The translations under genes were made by a program, and so were the position numbers. A stretch of 64,000 nt of DNA from Sedimentisphaeraceae bacterium JB056 (lineage in GTDB: Bacteria; Planctomycetota; Phycisphaerae; Sedimentisphaerales; Sedimentisphaeraceae): the NCBI GenBank assembly GCA_044440125.1, contig JBITAJ010000022.1, positions 320,001 through 384,000 on the forward strand, in the 5' to 3' direction. Under the pieces are notes generated by a model. That model was not told the DNA's origin, ran no database searches, and was given only the letters and a program-made list of their open reading frames with translations. This document shows, piece after piece, positions 1-9,094 of this stretch. Position 1 is the stretch's first letter; the number at the start of each line of letters is the position of its first letter.

Positions 1-613
1 GATATGCAATTCCAAGCTCCGCACCATGATTGATGCGATAATGCTTCATAGAAAATGAATAATAGAGCTTATCACAAGCAAGAACATTGAATCTTTTCCC
101 TTCATACATCCACTTTTGACTGGTTTTAGTCCATCTTGCGCCCCAAACTTTATCAGTCGTCCTGTTTCGCATATATCCCATAACAAATTGATAACCGCCA
201 TAAATCCTGCAACTGTTCAGAGGCACTCTATCTATATTGTAATCCAATTCTTTAACCATAGGACAGTTAAAGAATTTCATATCAGGAATATAAGAAGTCC
301 AGCATTCTCTGGTGTCAACACCCGTTGTATTAGCAATCATATCAGGCCATGATGCCAACGGTGCATCATCGCCAACAGGCAACGCTTCACCGCCATTTTC
401 GGTATAATGAAAAGGAAGACGCTCATTACTATTTTCGTAAGATAACGCTGCTATTGACATTTGATGTGAATTTGATGCACATATAACTTCTTTAGCCTGT
501 TTTCTTGCTTTTTGAAGTGCGGGCATTAAAACTGCCATAAGTATTGCAATAATAGAAATGACCACCAAAAGTTCAATTAAAGTAAAGCCTCGCCTTTGAT
601 GTAAATTCAACAT
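1..613 (-). CDS. Prepilin-type N-terminal cleavage/methylation domain protein (DUF1559-like planctomycete pilin-like protein); 3' end outside window
   Basis: Not in the ORF track. Manual minus-strand translation from ATG 613 gives MLNLHQRRG-FTLIELLVVISIIAILMAVLMPALQKARKQAKEVICASN, with a GGAG RBS upstream. Confidence 0.9.
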   Translation of the reverse strand, partial: MLNLHQRRGFTLIELLVVISIIAILMAVLMPALQKARKQAKEVICASNSHQMSIAALSYENSNERLPFHYTENGGEALPVGDDAPLASWPDMIANTTGVDTRECWTSYIPDMKFFNCPMVKELDYNIDRVPLNSCRIYGGYQFVMGYMRNRTTDKVWGARWTKTSQKWMYEGKRFNVLACDKLYYSFSMKHYRINHGAELGIAY

Positions 614-691
614 ATTAGCTCCTTTTTATTCACAAGATCAAAACCTTAAAAAACACCTAATCCCTTTATTAGGAGTAAACCATATAATCGT

Positions 692-745
692 ATAGTAACA
701 CTAAAACGCCAAAATAAAACGCCAATTCGTCCGACGCCACCGCCA
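692..745 (-). promoter_or_regulatory. Putative promoter of the pilin-like gene with direct repeats (candidate XylR/AraC-type activator sites)
   Basis: Extended -10 TGnTACTAT (hexamer 692-697, minus strand). TAAAACGCCAA is repeated at 702-712 and 715-725, with further CGCCA at 735 and 741. Lies in the divergent intergenic region before the XylR-type genes. Confidence 0.4.
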
Positions 746-865
746 TTTTCGTTTTTTCCTGATATCATTTTGCTTAATTTTGCTTGAAAATTACTCTAAA
801 AAACCATATCTTTTAAGATATTGACTGACAAATAACTCTTTTTATTGTTTTGAAAATACAAAAAC

Positions 866-2080
866 ATGTATCAGAATACTAAACGAATCGTATTTCTATA
901 CTCACCTGAAGAAGATTGGGGCTTGTGGGAAGGTTTTGCCGAATATGCAGCATTGCATGAACACTGGCTGCTTTACAATCCTCTTTCATTTCAATTTAAT
1001 GCAAATGATACAGAAGTCTATAATTGGCTAAAAAAATTCAAGCCTGATGGACTGATTGTACCTAATTCAAGGGAGAATCTGGATCAAATCTTAGATCTAA
1101 ATATCCCGATGGTACTGCACCGCAATCTTAATAAAAAGACGGGGAAATGGCCCGTAATTCTCGGCAACGGTAAGAAAATAGGAGAAATGGCAGCAACTCA
1201 TCTCTTACGGCTTGGATTTCACAATTTCGGATGCTATGTTTACGGCAATCATATCCCAATGCAGGAAAGAGCCGAAAGCTTTGCAAATACAGTACAAAAA
1301 GCAGGCTTCACCGTAAATGATTTTAACGGTTCAGAATTTGAAGTATGCAACTTCCATAAATCAAGACCTGAAAACTTGAGTTTATGGAATAAAGAGCTCA
1401 ACCTTCTTGCTGATTGGCTCCGATCTCTCCCAAAGCCAATAGCAATAATGGCCGGTGATGATATACTCAGTGTGAACATATTGATGGCATGCAGAATAGC
1501 AAATTTGCTTATTCCACAACAAGTAGCTGTAATTGGTATAAACAACACTAAAACCATATGCGAAACGCAGATACCTAAACTTTCAAGCATCGCCTTAGGT
1601 TATCATAAAGCCGGTTACGAAGCAGCAAAACTGCTTGACGACCTCATTGATGGCAAACAGAAAGCTGAAAATCAAATAATATACATAGAACCAACCAATG
1701 TTATCAGAAGAAATTCAAGCGATTATCTTGCTATAAATGATCCTGATGTCGCAAAAGCAATGAATTTTATCCATCAGAGTTCTGTAAAACTGATTCAGGT
1801 AACAGATGTTGTTGAGCAAACTAATCTTTCGCAAACAGTTTTACAGAAAAGGTTTAAGAAAGCTATCGGATGCACGATTTCTCAGGAAATCAAACGTGTA
1901 TGCACCGACAAAATAGCTGAATTACTGCTTAATTCGACACTAACTGTCTCAGAGATAGCTTTACTGGTAGGATTTTCAGACCCTGATCACATATCAAGAT
2001 ATTTCCGTAAGATGAAGGGAATGACGCCTTCTGACTATCGAAAAAAATACGTAACTCAATCTCAAAACTTTGATAAATAA
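866..2080 (+). CDS. XylR-type transcriptional regulator (periplasmic-binding-protein-like sensor + C-terminal AraC HTH), copy 1
   Basis: WLRSLPKPIAIMAGDD, IPQQVAVIGINN and LSSIAL motifs; C-terminal VSEIALLVGFSDPDHISRYFRKMKGMTPSDYR. Confidence 0.9.
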   Translation: MYQNTKRIVFLYSPEEDWGLWEGFAEYAALHEHWLLYNPLSFQFNANDTEVYNWLKKFKPDGLIVPNSRENLDQILDLNIPMVLHRNLNKKTGKWPVILGNGKKIGEMAATHLLRLGFHNFGCYVYGNHIPMQERAESFANTVQKAGFTVNDFNGSEFEVCNFHKSRPENLSLWNKELNLLADWLRSLPKPIAIMAGDDILSVNILMACRIANLLIPQQVAVIGINNTKTICETQIPKLSSIALGYHKAGYEAAKLLDDLIDGKQKAENQIIYIEPTNVIRRNSSDYLAINDPDVAKAMNFIHQSSVKLIQVTDVVEQTNLSQTVLQKRFKKAIGCTISQEIKRVCTDKIAELLLNSTLTVSEIALLVGFSDPDHISRYFRKMKGMTPSDYRKKYVTQSQNFDK

Positions 2081-2092
2081 TACTAAAGACTA

Positions 2093-3307
2093 ATGCATCA
2101 AAATAACAAGAGAATAGTTTTTCTATACTCACCAGAAGAGGGCAGCGGCTTATGGAAAGGGTTTGCCGAATATGCCTCACTTCATGATAGCTGGCAACTA
2201 TATAACCCCCTTTTATTTCATTTTGATGCTGATGACGATCAGGTCTTTGACTGGTTAGTTAATCTTAAACCTGACGGCCTCATAGTACCAAACTCAAGGG
2301 AGAATTTTCATAAGATATTAGCACTGAATATTCCAACAATAGAGCACCGAAATCAAAACAAACATACCGGTAAACTGCCTGTCATTTTAGGTAATGGCAA
2401 TAAAATCGGAAAAACAGCCGCATCACACTTTCTCAGGCTGGGCTTCCAGTATTTTGGCTGCTATGTATACAAAAGTCACATTCCCATGCTTGAAAGAGCC
2501 GATGGGTTCACTAATGCAATAAATGAGGCGGGATTCGAAGTAAACGACTTCAATAAATCAAAGTTTGATATAAGCGGTTTCTATAAATCCAAACCGGGTA
2601 AATTAAGTTTATGGAATAAGGAACTTAGTCTCCTCGCTGATTGGCTGCGGTCTCTGCCTAAGCCAATAGCAATAATGGCAGGAGATGACACACTAAGCGT
2701 CAACGTATTGGTAGCATGTAAAATTGCGGATTTACTCGTTCCTCAGGATGTTGCCATCATAGGTATTGATAACGACAAAACAATATGCGAAACACAGATT
2801 CCAAAACTATCAAGTATTGGGCTCAGCTATCATAAAGCCGGCTATGACGCCGCAAAATTGCTTAATGACCTTATAAACGGTACACAAAAGGCTGAAAACC
2901 AGAAAATATACATAGAACCAACAACGGTTGTTAAACGAAATTCCAGCGATTATTTTGCAATTAATGATCAGGATGTTGCCAAAGCCATTAATTTTATACA
3001 CCAGAGTCCCTCCAGACTTATCCAGGTCGATGATGTCCTGCAGCAGACAAATATTTCACAAACCATCCTTCAGAAACGATTCAAAAAGGCTATAGGATGC
3101 ACTATATCACAGGAAATAAAGAGAGTATGTACTGATAAAATAGCCGATCTGCTGCTCAACTCAACAATGACTGTTTCGGAAATCGCTTCGCTGGTAGGTT
3201 TTTCTGATTCAGATCACATATCAAGATATTTCCGAAAGATGAAGGGAATGACGCCTTCTGACTATCGAAAAAAATACGTAACTCAACATCAAAACTTTGA
3301 TAAATAA
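2093..3307 (+). CDS. XylR-type transcriptional regulator, copy 2 (tandem paralog)
   Basis: Same length (404 aa) as copy 1, colinear with it and carrying the same motifs. Confidence 0.9.
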   Translation: MHQNNKRIVFLYSPEEGSGLWKGFAEYASLHDSWQLYNPLLFHFDADDDQVFDWLVNLKPDGLIVPNSRENFHKILALNIPTIEHRNQNKHTGKLPVILGNGNKIGKTAASHFLRLGFQYFGCYVYKSHIPMLERADGFTNAINEAGFEVNDFNKSKFDISGFYKSKPGKLSLWNKELSLLADWLRSLPKPIAIMAGDDTLSVNVLVACKIADLLVPQDVAIIGIDNDKTICETQIPKLSSIGLSYHKAGYDAAKLLNDLINGTQKAENQKIYIEPTTVVKRNSSDYFAINDQDVAKAINFIHQSPSRLIQVDDVLQQTNISQTILQKRFKKAIGCTISQEIKRVCTDKIADLLLNSTMTVSEIASLVGFSDSDHISRYFRKMKGMTPSDYRKKYVTQHQNFDK

Positions 3308-3324
3308 CACTAAAATAAAGACTA

Positions 3325-3453
3325 ATGCGTCAGAATAGCAAGAGAATAGTTTTTCTATACTCACCGAAAGAAGACAGCGGCTTATGGGAAGGGTTTGTCG
3401 AATATGCCTCACTTCATGATAGCTGGCGATTGACTATCTCAGAACTCAGTTAG
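3325..3453 (+). pseudogene. Truncated third XylR-type copy (about 34 homologous codons, then unrelated sequence and a stop)
   Basis: ATG 3325 reads MRQNSKRIVFLYSPKEDSGLWEGFVEYASLHDSW-RLTISELS*, matching the N-terminus of copy 2. Similarity ends abruptly near 3427. Confidence 0.85.
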
Positions 3454-3641
3454 AAATACTTCTTGAAAAGCAACAAAACAGAATAAACGAATCTGTTTAA
3501 GCTTCAACCTAACGGCAAGTATATGCATCAAGCCGCACGTATACTTACTGATTTCGAAGATGAATTTCTAAGCGGCAAGAGAATTTCAAGACGAAGTTTT
3601 TGACAAATTGACGAACTATGGGTATTAAAAACTTAAAAAAC

Positions 3642-3683
3642 AAAGAGCCTCAAAATCGCTAAAACAAGCAATTTCAAGGCTTT
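3642..3683. terminator. Imperfect inverted repeat immediately 3' of the tRNA fragment (terminator-like)
   Basis: AAGAGCCTCAAAATCGCT-AAAACA-AGCAATTTCAAGGCTTT. Confidence 0.4.
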
Positions 3684-3690
3684 AGTTAAA

Positions 3691-3737
3691 CACACCCGCC
3701 AAGATTCGAACTTGGGACCTACGGACTAGAAATCCAT
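3691..3737 (-). tRNA. 3' fragment of tRNA-Arg(TCT) (anticodon arm, T-arm, 3' acceptor strand); att-site-like remnant, not an intact tRNA
   Basis: Minus strand reads ATGGA-TTTCTAG-TCCGT AGGTC CCAAG-TTCGAAT-CTTGG CGGGTGTG. No D-arm or 5' acceptor strand is present upstream. Confidence 0.75.
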
Positions 3738-3922
3738 TAATCGTATTATAAGCACTTATATGCCAATAACTTAAAACGCATTTTTGAGCAAGAAATAAGG
3801 ATTACAAGTAAATAACAAGTAGAGACAAACAAAACTGACAAGTCAGTATCCACTGCAAACTGACGAACTTTTTAACGAACTCTTGAGGCGATGCAATTCA
3901 ACAGACATTTACAGTTTAAAAC

Positions 3923-3972
3923 TTGATTTATTTTGAAATTGAGGTTATATTAAACAAAGCTGGAACGCTCCG
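3923..3972 (+). promoter_or_regulatory. Sigma70-type promoter with downstream LacI-type operator
   Basis: TTGATT(3923-3928)-17 bp-TATATT(3946-3951); operator TGGAACGCTCCG at 3961-3972. Confidence 0.7.
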
Positions 3973-4037
3973 GTTTCTGGCGAATTTAATAATAGACAAG
4001 AGCAAGACTTCAAGTACTAAAAAGGGGGAAATACTCC

Positions 4038-6281
4038 ATGAAAAGTCATATATTTAATAATTTGGGTTTAATTCTAATTTCACTCCATTTATGCACTGCT
4101 TCAGTAGCTATGGCACACGGCAAACACCCTCCAAAGCCAACTGAAGAACAAAGTAAATCTATACCTGCCGCAATTGAAGGCTCGGAAGAATTCGCAAGAA
4201 GGTTAGCTGAAAACGGCAGAGGTCTTTTGAATCAGAAACAGCTTGAAATGCTTTACGAGTCTATCGAGTATTTCAATTTTGCCTCAGCAATCCGACAAGG
4301 CAGATTCCCTCAAAGCGATCCTGTTGATGCTGATTACAATCGTTACCTTGCAGAAAAAAGGCTCTGTGAACTTGCCGCAAACTTTGATGATATACTTGTT
4401 TACGATTTTACAGATATGAGTAAACTTCCTGATCCACATGCCCCGATAAGCTTTGATCCACATGCCGGACAGACAATAATAAAGACTGCAACCGGCTCGA
4501 AAGTCAAACGTTTTGTATGCCAGAATTTCGCTATGGACGAGGAAAGATACCGTCTTAAACGTGAAATCCCTGTCGAAAACAACGGAACAGTGTTCATTTT
4601 ACAGCAACTTGACCAACCTTCCTCTGGCAGATCTTCCACACATATAGCGTTTCGTAAGACAGGTGAGGCCAATCCATTCTACTGGAGTGCCCTGACTTTT
4701 AATGTAGATTTGCCCGGTCAGCTTGCAATTGAGATCGTTGATCAGGAAGGTTCAATTTGCCCTGCATTGGTCAGACTTCAAGCATTGCCCGGCGGAAAGG
4801 TATGGGCACCGGCAGAAGCACTTGATTTTAGACCTATGATAAATGATGTTACAGGCCCCGCCATAGCAAATATCCCCGGTCTGAATATCTACGGCCCCGG
4901 CCGCGGGCTGATGGTTCGTATGCCAGGTGAGTTTTCCGGATGCTTCTGGGTTGTAGACAAACCTTTCGAGATGGCTCTACCCGCAGGCAAATGGAGCATC
5001 ACTGTTTACAGAGGACTTGAAACTATTCCGATTACAAAGACTTTTGAAGTTGAATCAGAACAATGGACCCGCAAAAAAATCACGCTAACGCGATGGGCAG
5101 ACATGACTAAGCTTGGATGGCATAGCGGAGACGACCATGTGCATGCCAGACTGCTGAGCAGCGAAGATGCTAACAAACTTATGGCTTTTACCAAAGCGAT
5201 GGATATTCATGTTTCCAATATCCTTGAAATGGGCGATCCGCTTAGAACCTATTTCCATCAACGCGGTTTCGGCAAGGATTTCTTTGTTCAGGACGGCGAG
5301 TACTGGCTTGTACCCGGACAGGAAGACCCCCGCTCCATCTTGGGCCATAACATAGCCATGAACACACGCTCTATGGTCAGAGACCTCGACAAATACCTTA
5401 TGCTCGACTGGATAGCCGATATGGTTCATCAGCAAGGCGGCCTGTTCGGTCAGACCCATGTGGGTCAGAATGTATGCGAAGCTCACAGGGGTATGGCCCT
5501 TATGGCACCCCGCCAGATATACGACTTCTACAGCATAATGCAAGGTGGCTTAGGCACTGAATTGTATTATAATTTTCTTGACCTTGGCTACAAACTTACC
5601 GCTTCCGCAGGCAGCGACATGCCATACGGCGGAACATTAGGAAACGTACAGCTATACGCCTATACAGGCAAAGACAAATCATTCAAGCCTCAAGACTGGT
5701 TTGATGCCATCAAGGCCGGAAACACATTTGTTACAAACGGTCCAATGTTAGAATTCAAAATAGACGGAATGATAGCTGGTCAGGAATTGGCGACTGAAGA
5801 GGGCAAAGAGGTTACAATAAAAGCTCGGTCCTGGGGTCTGGAAGGTTATTCCGCACCGGTAAAACTCGAAATCGTCAAACTCAGCAAAGTAATAAAATCA
5901 GCTGTACCTCGCAACGGTGAAACAGAACTCAATCTGTCTTTCGCTCTTGATGCCGACGAAAGCTGCTGGATTGCTGCCAGAGCATACGGAAAAAACGGCT
6001 CAGCCGCTCATACAACTCCTGTATATATCACTAAACCAGGACAAAGACACTGGAATCGAGAAAGAGTAGAAGAAATCATAGAAAAACAATTCAAAATTCT
6101 TGATGAAATCGAAGGTGTTATAAAAACCGCCGAAAAATCCAAAGAAGCAGGAACATTGCTAAATATTGATTATTGGGGCAAACGATCTGTTGAACAAGCT
6201 GATGCCGTTCGTGAAAGAATCAAGATTACCCGAGAAATATACAATAAGTTGCTGAAAGAACTAAAAGAGCAAGAAGACTGA
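4038..6281 (+). CDS. Exported CehA/McbA-family (PHP-like) metallohydrolase, paralog 1
   Basis: Sec-type signal peptide; GWHSGDDHVH, GQEDPRSILGH, GQTH, AGSDMP, FVTNGP and AHTTPVY motifs. Confidence 0.8.
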   Translation: MKSHIFNNLGLILISLHLCTASVAMAHGKHPPKPTEEQSKSIPAAIEGSEEFARRLAENGRGLLNQKQLEMLYESIEYFNFASAIRQGRFPQSDPVDADYNRYLAEKRLCELAANFDDILVYDFTDMSKLPDPHAPISFDPHAGQTIIKTATGSKVKRFVCQNFAMDEERYRLKREIPVENNGTVFILQQLDQPSSGRSSTHIAFRKTGEANPFYWSALTFNVDLPGQLAIEIVDQEGSICPALVRLQALPGGKVWAPAEALDFRPMINDVTGPAIANIPGLNIYGPGRGLMVRMPGEFSGCFWVVDKPFEMALPAGKWSITVYRGLETIPITKTFEVESEQWTRKKITLTRWADMTKLGWHSGDDHVHARLLSSEDANKLMAFTKAMDIHVSNILEMGDPLRTYFHQRGFGKDFFVQDGEYWLVPGQEDPRSILGHNIAMNTRSMVRDLDKYLMLDWIADMVHQQGGLFGQTHVGQNVCEAHRGMALMAPRQIYDFYSIMQGGLGTELYYNFLDLGYKLTASAGSDMPYGGTLGNVQLYAYTGKDKSFKPQDWFDAIKAGNTFVTNGPMLEFKIDGMIAGQELATEEGKEVTIKARSWGLEGYSAPVKLEIVKLSKVIKSAVPRNGETELNLSFALDADESCWIAARAYGKNGSAAHTTPVYITKPGQRHWNRERVEEIIEKQFKILDEIEGVIKTAEKSKEAGTLLNIDYWGKRSVEQADAVRERIKITREIYNKLLKELKEQED

Positions 6282-6313
6282 AAGTTTAAATTAAACCCTG
6301 GATCGAGAGCTTC

Positions 6314-7405
6314 TTATTGAACTACAGAAGACCGTCTTATCTTAAGCTCATTGCCCGAAATCAATCGTTGTATAGGCTTTGATTTGGGGTTCTTTATCAG
6401 CTTTAACATTGTTTCGGCCGCAACCTTGCCTATCTGTTCGAGCGGCTCTTTGACAGTTGTAAGACCAGCACCAAAATCATCGGACAAAGGAACGTCACCC
6501 ATGCCTACCAAAGCAATATCATCGGGAACTTTTATCCCCATTTTCAGTAACACTTTATATACCTGCAAGGCCAAACTGTCGTGGGGGAAAAAGAAAGCAT
6601 CAGGCTTTTCTGAACTGTTTTCAAAAATATCAGTCATCAGTTGTCTTATATTGTTTTCTGATGAACTTTCATCAGCTCCAAGCACAACCTTCCTTCTAAC
6701 CAATTCACTCAAATTAGACCAGCGAATCCAAGCCGGATCAACATCAAGAGATGCCTGTTCAAGCATTTCCCTGTAAGCAAGATACCTTTTCTTGGTATAT
6801 TTGAGGTCAACCAACGAGCTTCCTATAAAACCAATCCTTCTTCTGCCGGTTTGAATTAAATGTTCAACCGCCACTTTAGCCGCAGAAATAGAATCCCATG
6901 CAACGTAGCTCACATCAGGCATCTGCTCCAGAGTATCTGATATGAAAAGAAGAGGTGTACCATTAGTTATAACTTTTTTATAAGATTCAATACAATCAGG
7001 CAAAGGCTGACATATTATTCCATCCTCCCGCCTTTGCTGACTAATAGCAATCTCTCTTTCACTCCTTTGAGGATCCCAGAGATGTATTGATGTCATCGGC
7101 ATATAACCCTTGTTTTCAAGAACAGGGACAACACCATTAGTTACCTGTGTAGCCCAATCATATTCATAACCGGCCACAATCAAACCGATAACCTTTGTTG
7201 ATTTTCTGGCAAGATTGCGAGCCCACATATGAGGTACATAATTCAGTTCATCAGCAGCAGCAAGCACCTTTTCCGCTGTTTTCTTAGAAACTCGTCTTTC
7301 TTCTGCCTGTCCTGAAAGCACATACCCAACAGTAGTCTTTGAAATACCAACATAAGCGGCAATATCCAAAATACTAACTCGCTTATTATTTTTTACTTTA
7401 GCCAA
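6314..7405 (-). CDS. LacI-family transcriptional regulator, paralog A
   Basis: N-terminal HTH SILDIAAYVGISKTTVGYVLSG; hinge YVPHMWARNL; C-terminal VPDDIALVGMGD, LTTV and ELKIRRS. Confidence 0.95.
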   Translation of the reverse strand: MAKVKNNKRVSILDIAAYVGISKTTVGYVLSGQAEERRVSKKTAEKVLAAADELNYVPHMWARNLARKSTKVIGLIVAGYEYDWATQVTNGVVPVLENKGYMPMTSIHLWDPQRSEREIAISQQRREDGIICQPLPDCIESYKKVITNGTPLLFISDTLEQMPDVSYVAWDSISAAKVAVEHLIQTGRRRIGFIGSSLVDLKYTKKRYLAYREMLEQASLDVDPAWIRWSNLSELVRRKVVLGADESSSENNIRQLMTDIFENSSEKPDAFFFPHDSLALQVYKVLLKMGIKVPDDIALVGMGDVPLSDDFGAGLTTVKEPLEQIGKVAAETMLKLIKNPKSKPIQRLISGNELKIRRSSVVQ

Positions 7406-7595
7406 ATTTCACTCCGGTTATTAAAATGAAAAACCATTATGGCTCAATACTGAACCATAGATCATATACAAATTTCATTATAACCGTTTTAATAAGCCTT
7501 GCAATGAACAAAAAACATAAATTTAACAAGGATAAACAATTAAAGCAAATCCAGCATACTTTATAATTTTTAGTCACTAATATTATATAATTTTA

Positions 7596-9050
7596 CTAAA
7601 CCCTCTCCCCTAACCTGAGTTTCTGCAAAAATAATGAATTTATCGGATATTTACTGATAAAAATAAGTGCAAATATCGAAACTACCGGTCCAGCAATCAA
7701 TGTAAGCAGACATAACCGCCATATAGCTTCTGGGCTCTGAGGCTCTTCACTACCGGCCACAAAACCTATCGCCGACATAAAAATGCCGGAGAGAAACAGC
7801 CCTACAGACATTGAAAGCTTCATGGCAAGACTAAATACAGCAGAATATCCGCCATCTTTGTTTACACCGGTCTTTATCTCATTTACCTCCGAAACATCAG
7901 CCATCATTGAAGTAGCGATAGGAAACATTATTCCGTTACCAAGCCAATAACCGGCATGAAAGATAACAAACACGATAAAACCTATAGGAATCTGGAAAAA
8001 GCCTAAATCAAGACTCGTCGAAGTGTTTAATATTTTACCAAGATAGAATATGGCAAGTATTAAGTTGCAGCAGAAGGCCCATATTACAGCAAAATAAACT
8101 GCCTTTTTCTTATCAAGTCGTTTAACTATATGAACTGCCATGATTGCTCCTATACCCGAACCAACCATACTCGAACTGTGAGCAATTGTTTTCTGCAAAC
8201 CACTAAACAACATAAAATGCTCATAAAGATATATTTGCAAGGAGCTTACAAGCACAATACCCAAGACTACAACAAAAATATAAAGAAACATCCATTTTGA
8301 ATTCACATCGAACAGGATCTCCTTCATATCAATAAGAAAGTACTTGATATTACTACCTGAAGCTTCACTATTTTCTGTGTTTTTCGAATTAACAATATAT
8401 TTTCGCGTAAAATAAACAACCACAATAACAGAAAGGACTATGGCAATGGTGAAAATAGTTCCCATATTAACATAATTCTGCGCAACACTTTTGGCCCTTA
8501 TCTCTCTACCTTCTATTTCGGGGAAAAATATTAACCACGCCAAGCCGGGGCCGGCCACGTTTGCCGCCATATTCAGAATATTTCTGATACTCTGAAGTTT
8601 GGTTCTTCCGTAATAATCACTGCACATCTCAAATCCTAACGCTGTATACGGTATAATAAATACCGTTATTGCAGTCCTGAGAAACAGATTCATTACTACG
8701 AGATAGCCAAACAATACAATATTGGATGTCTTGAAAACATCTGGTACAGCCCAGATAAAGTAAAAACTTAGAGCCATCATCAAGCCGCCAAACAAGATGT
8801 AAGGATGGCGCTTACCAAAACGGCTTTTTGTGTTGTCGGTTACAAAACCCATTATAGGATCTGATACTGCATCCCAGATAGTAGCGATCATCATCGCCAA
8901 TCCTGCCAAAGAAAAACTCAAGCCCAAAGCTTCGGTGTAATAGAACATTGCAAAGCCAAAGATAGTATTCATTGTAAGAGAATTGGCGCATTCACCAAAC
9001 GAATAAGTTACCATACTGCCTGTTGAGCAGGTCTTTATTTTATCTGACAT
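7596..9050 (-). CDS. MFS glycoside-pentoside-hexuronide (GPH/MelB-like) cation symporter
   Basis: WDAVSDPIMGFVTDNTKSRFGKRHPY motif; about 12 hydrophobic segments; SMMADVSE. Confidence 0.9.
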   Translation of the reverse strand: MSDKIKTCSTGSMVTYSFGECANSLTMNTIFGFAMFYYTEALGLSFSLAGLAMMIATIWDAVSDPIMGFVTDNTKSRFGKRHPYILFGGLMMALSFYFIWAVPDVFKTSNIVLFGYLVVMNLFLRTAITVFIIPYTALGFEMCSDYYGRTKLQSIRNILNMAANVAGPGLAWLIFFPEIEGREIRAKSVAQNYVNMGTIFTIAIVLSVIVVVYFTRKYIVNSKNTENSEASGSNIKYFLIDMKEILFDVNSKWMFLYIFVVVLGIVLVSSLQIYLYEHFMLFSGLQKTIAHSSSMVGSGIGAIMAVHIVKRLDKKKAVYFAVIWAFCCNLILAIFYLGKILNTSTSLDLGFFQIPIGFIVFVIFHAGYWLGNGIMFPIATSMMADVSEVNEIKTGVNKDGGYSAVFSLAMKLSMSVGLFLSGIFMSAIGFVAGSEEPQSPEAIWRLCLLTLIAGPVVSIFALIFISKYPINSLFLQKLRLGERV

Positions 9051-9094
9051 ACAAAAACATCCAATCTTTCTTTTAACGCAACAACAATAATGAA

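Noticed and set aside
116..352. 78 aa plus-strand ORF
   Set aside because: It is an antisense shadow of the pilin-like gene on the minus strand.
1929..3412. Two similar minus-strand ORFs starting MRHIRQTL (1929..2180, 3221..3412)
   Set aside because: Their similarity is a by-product of the XylR tandem duplication on the opposite strand.
3691..3770. Intact tRNA gene
   Set aside because: There is no D-arm and no 5' acceptor strand complementary to CGGGTGT; only the 3' part is present.
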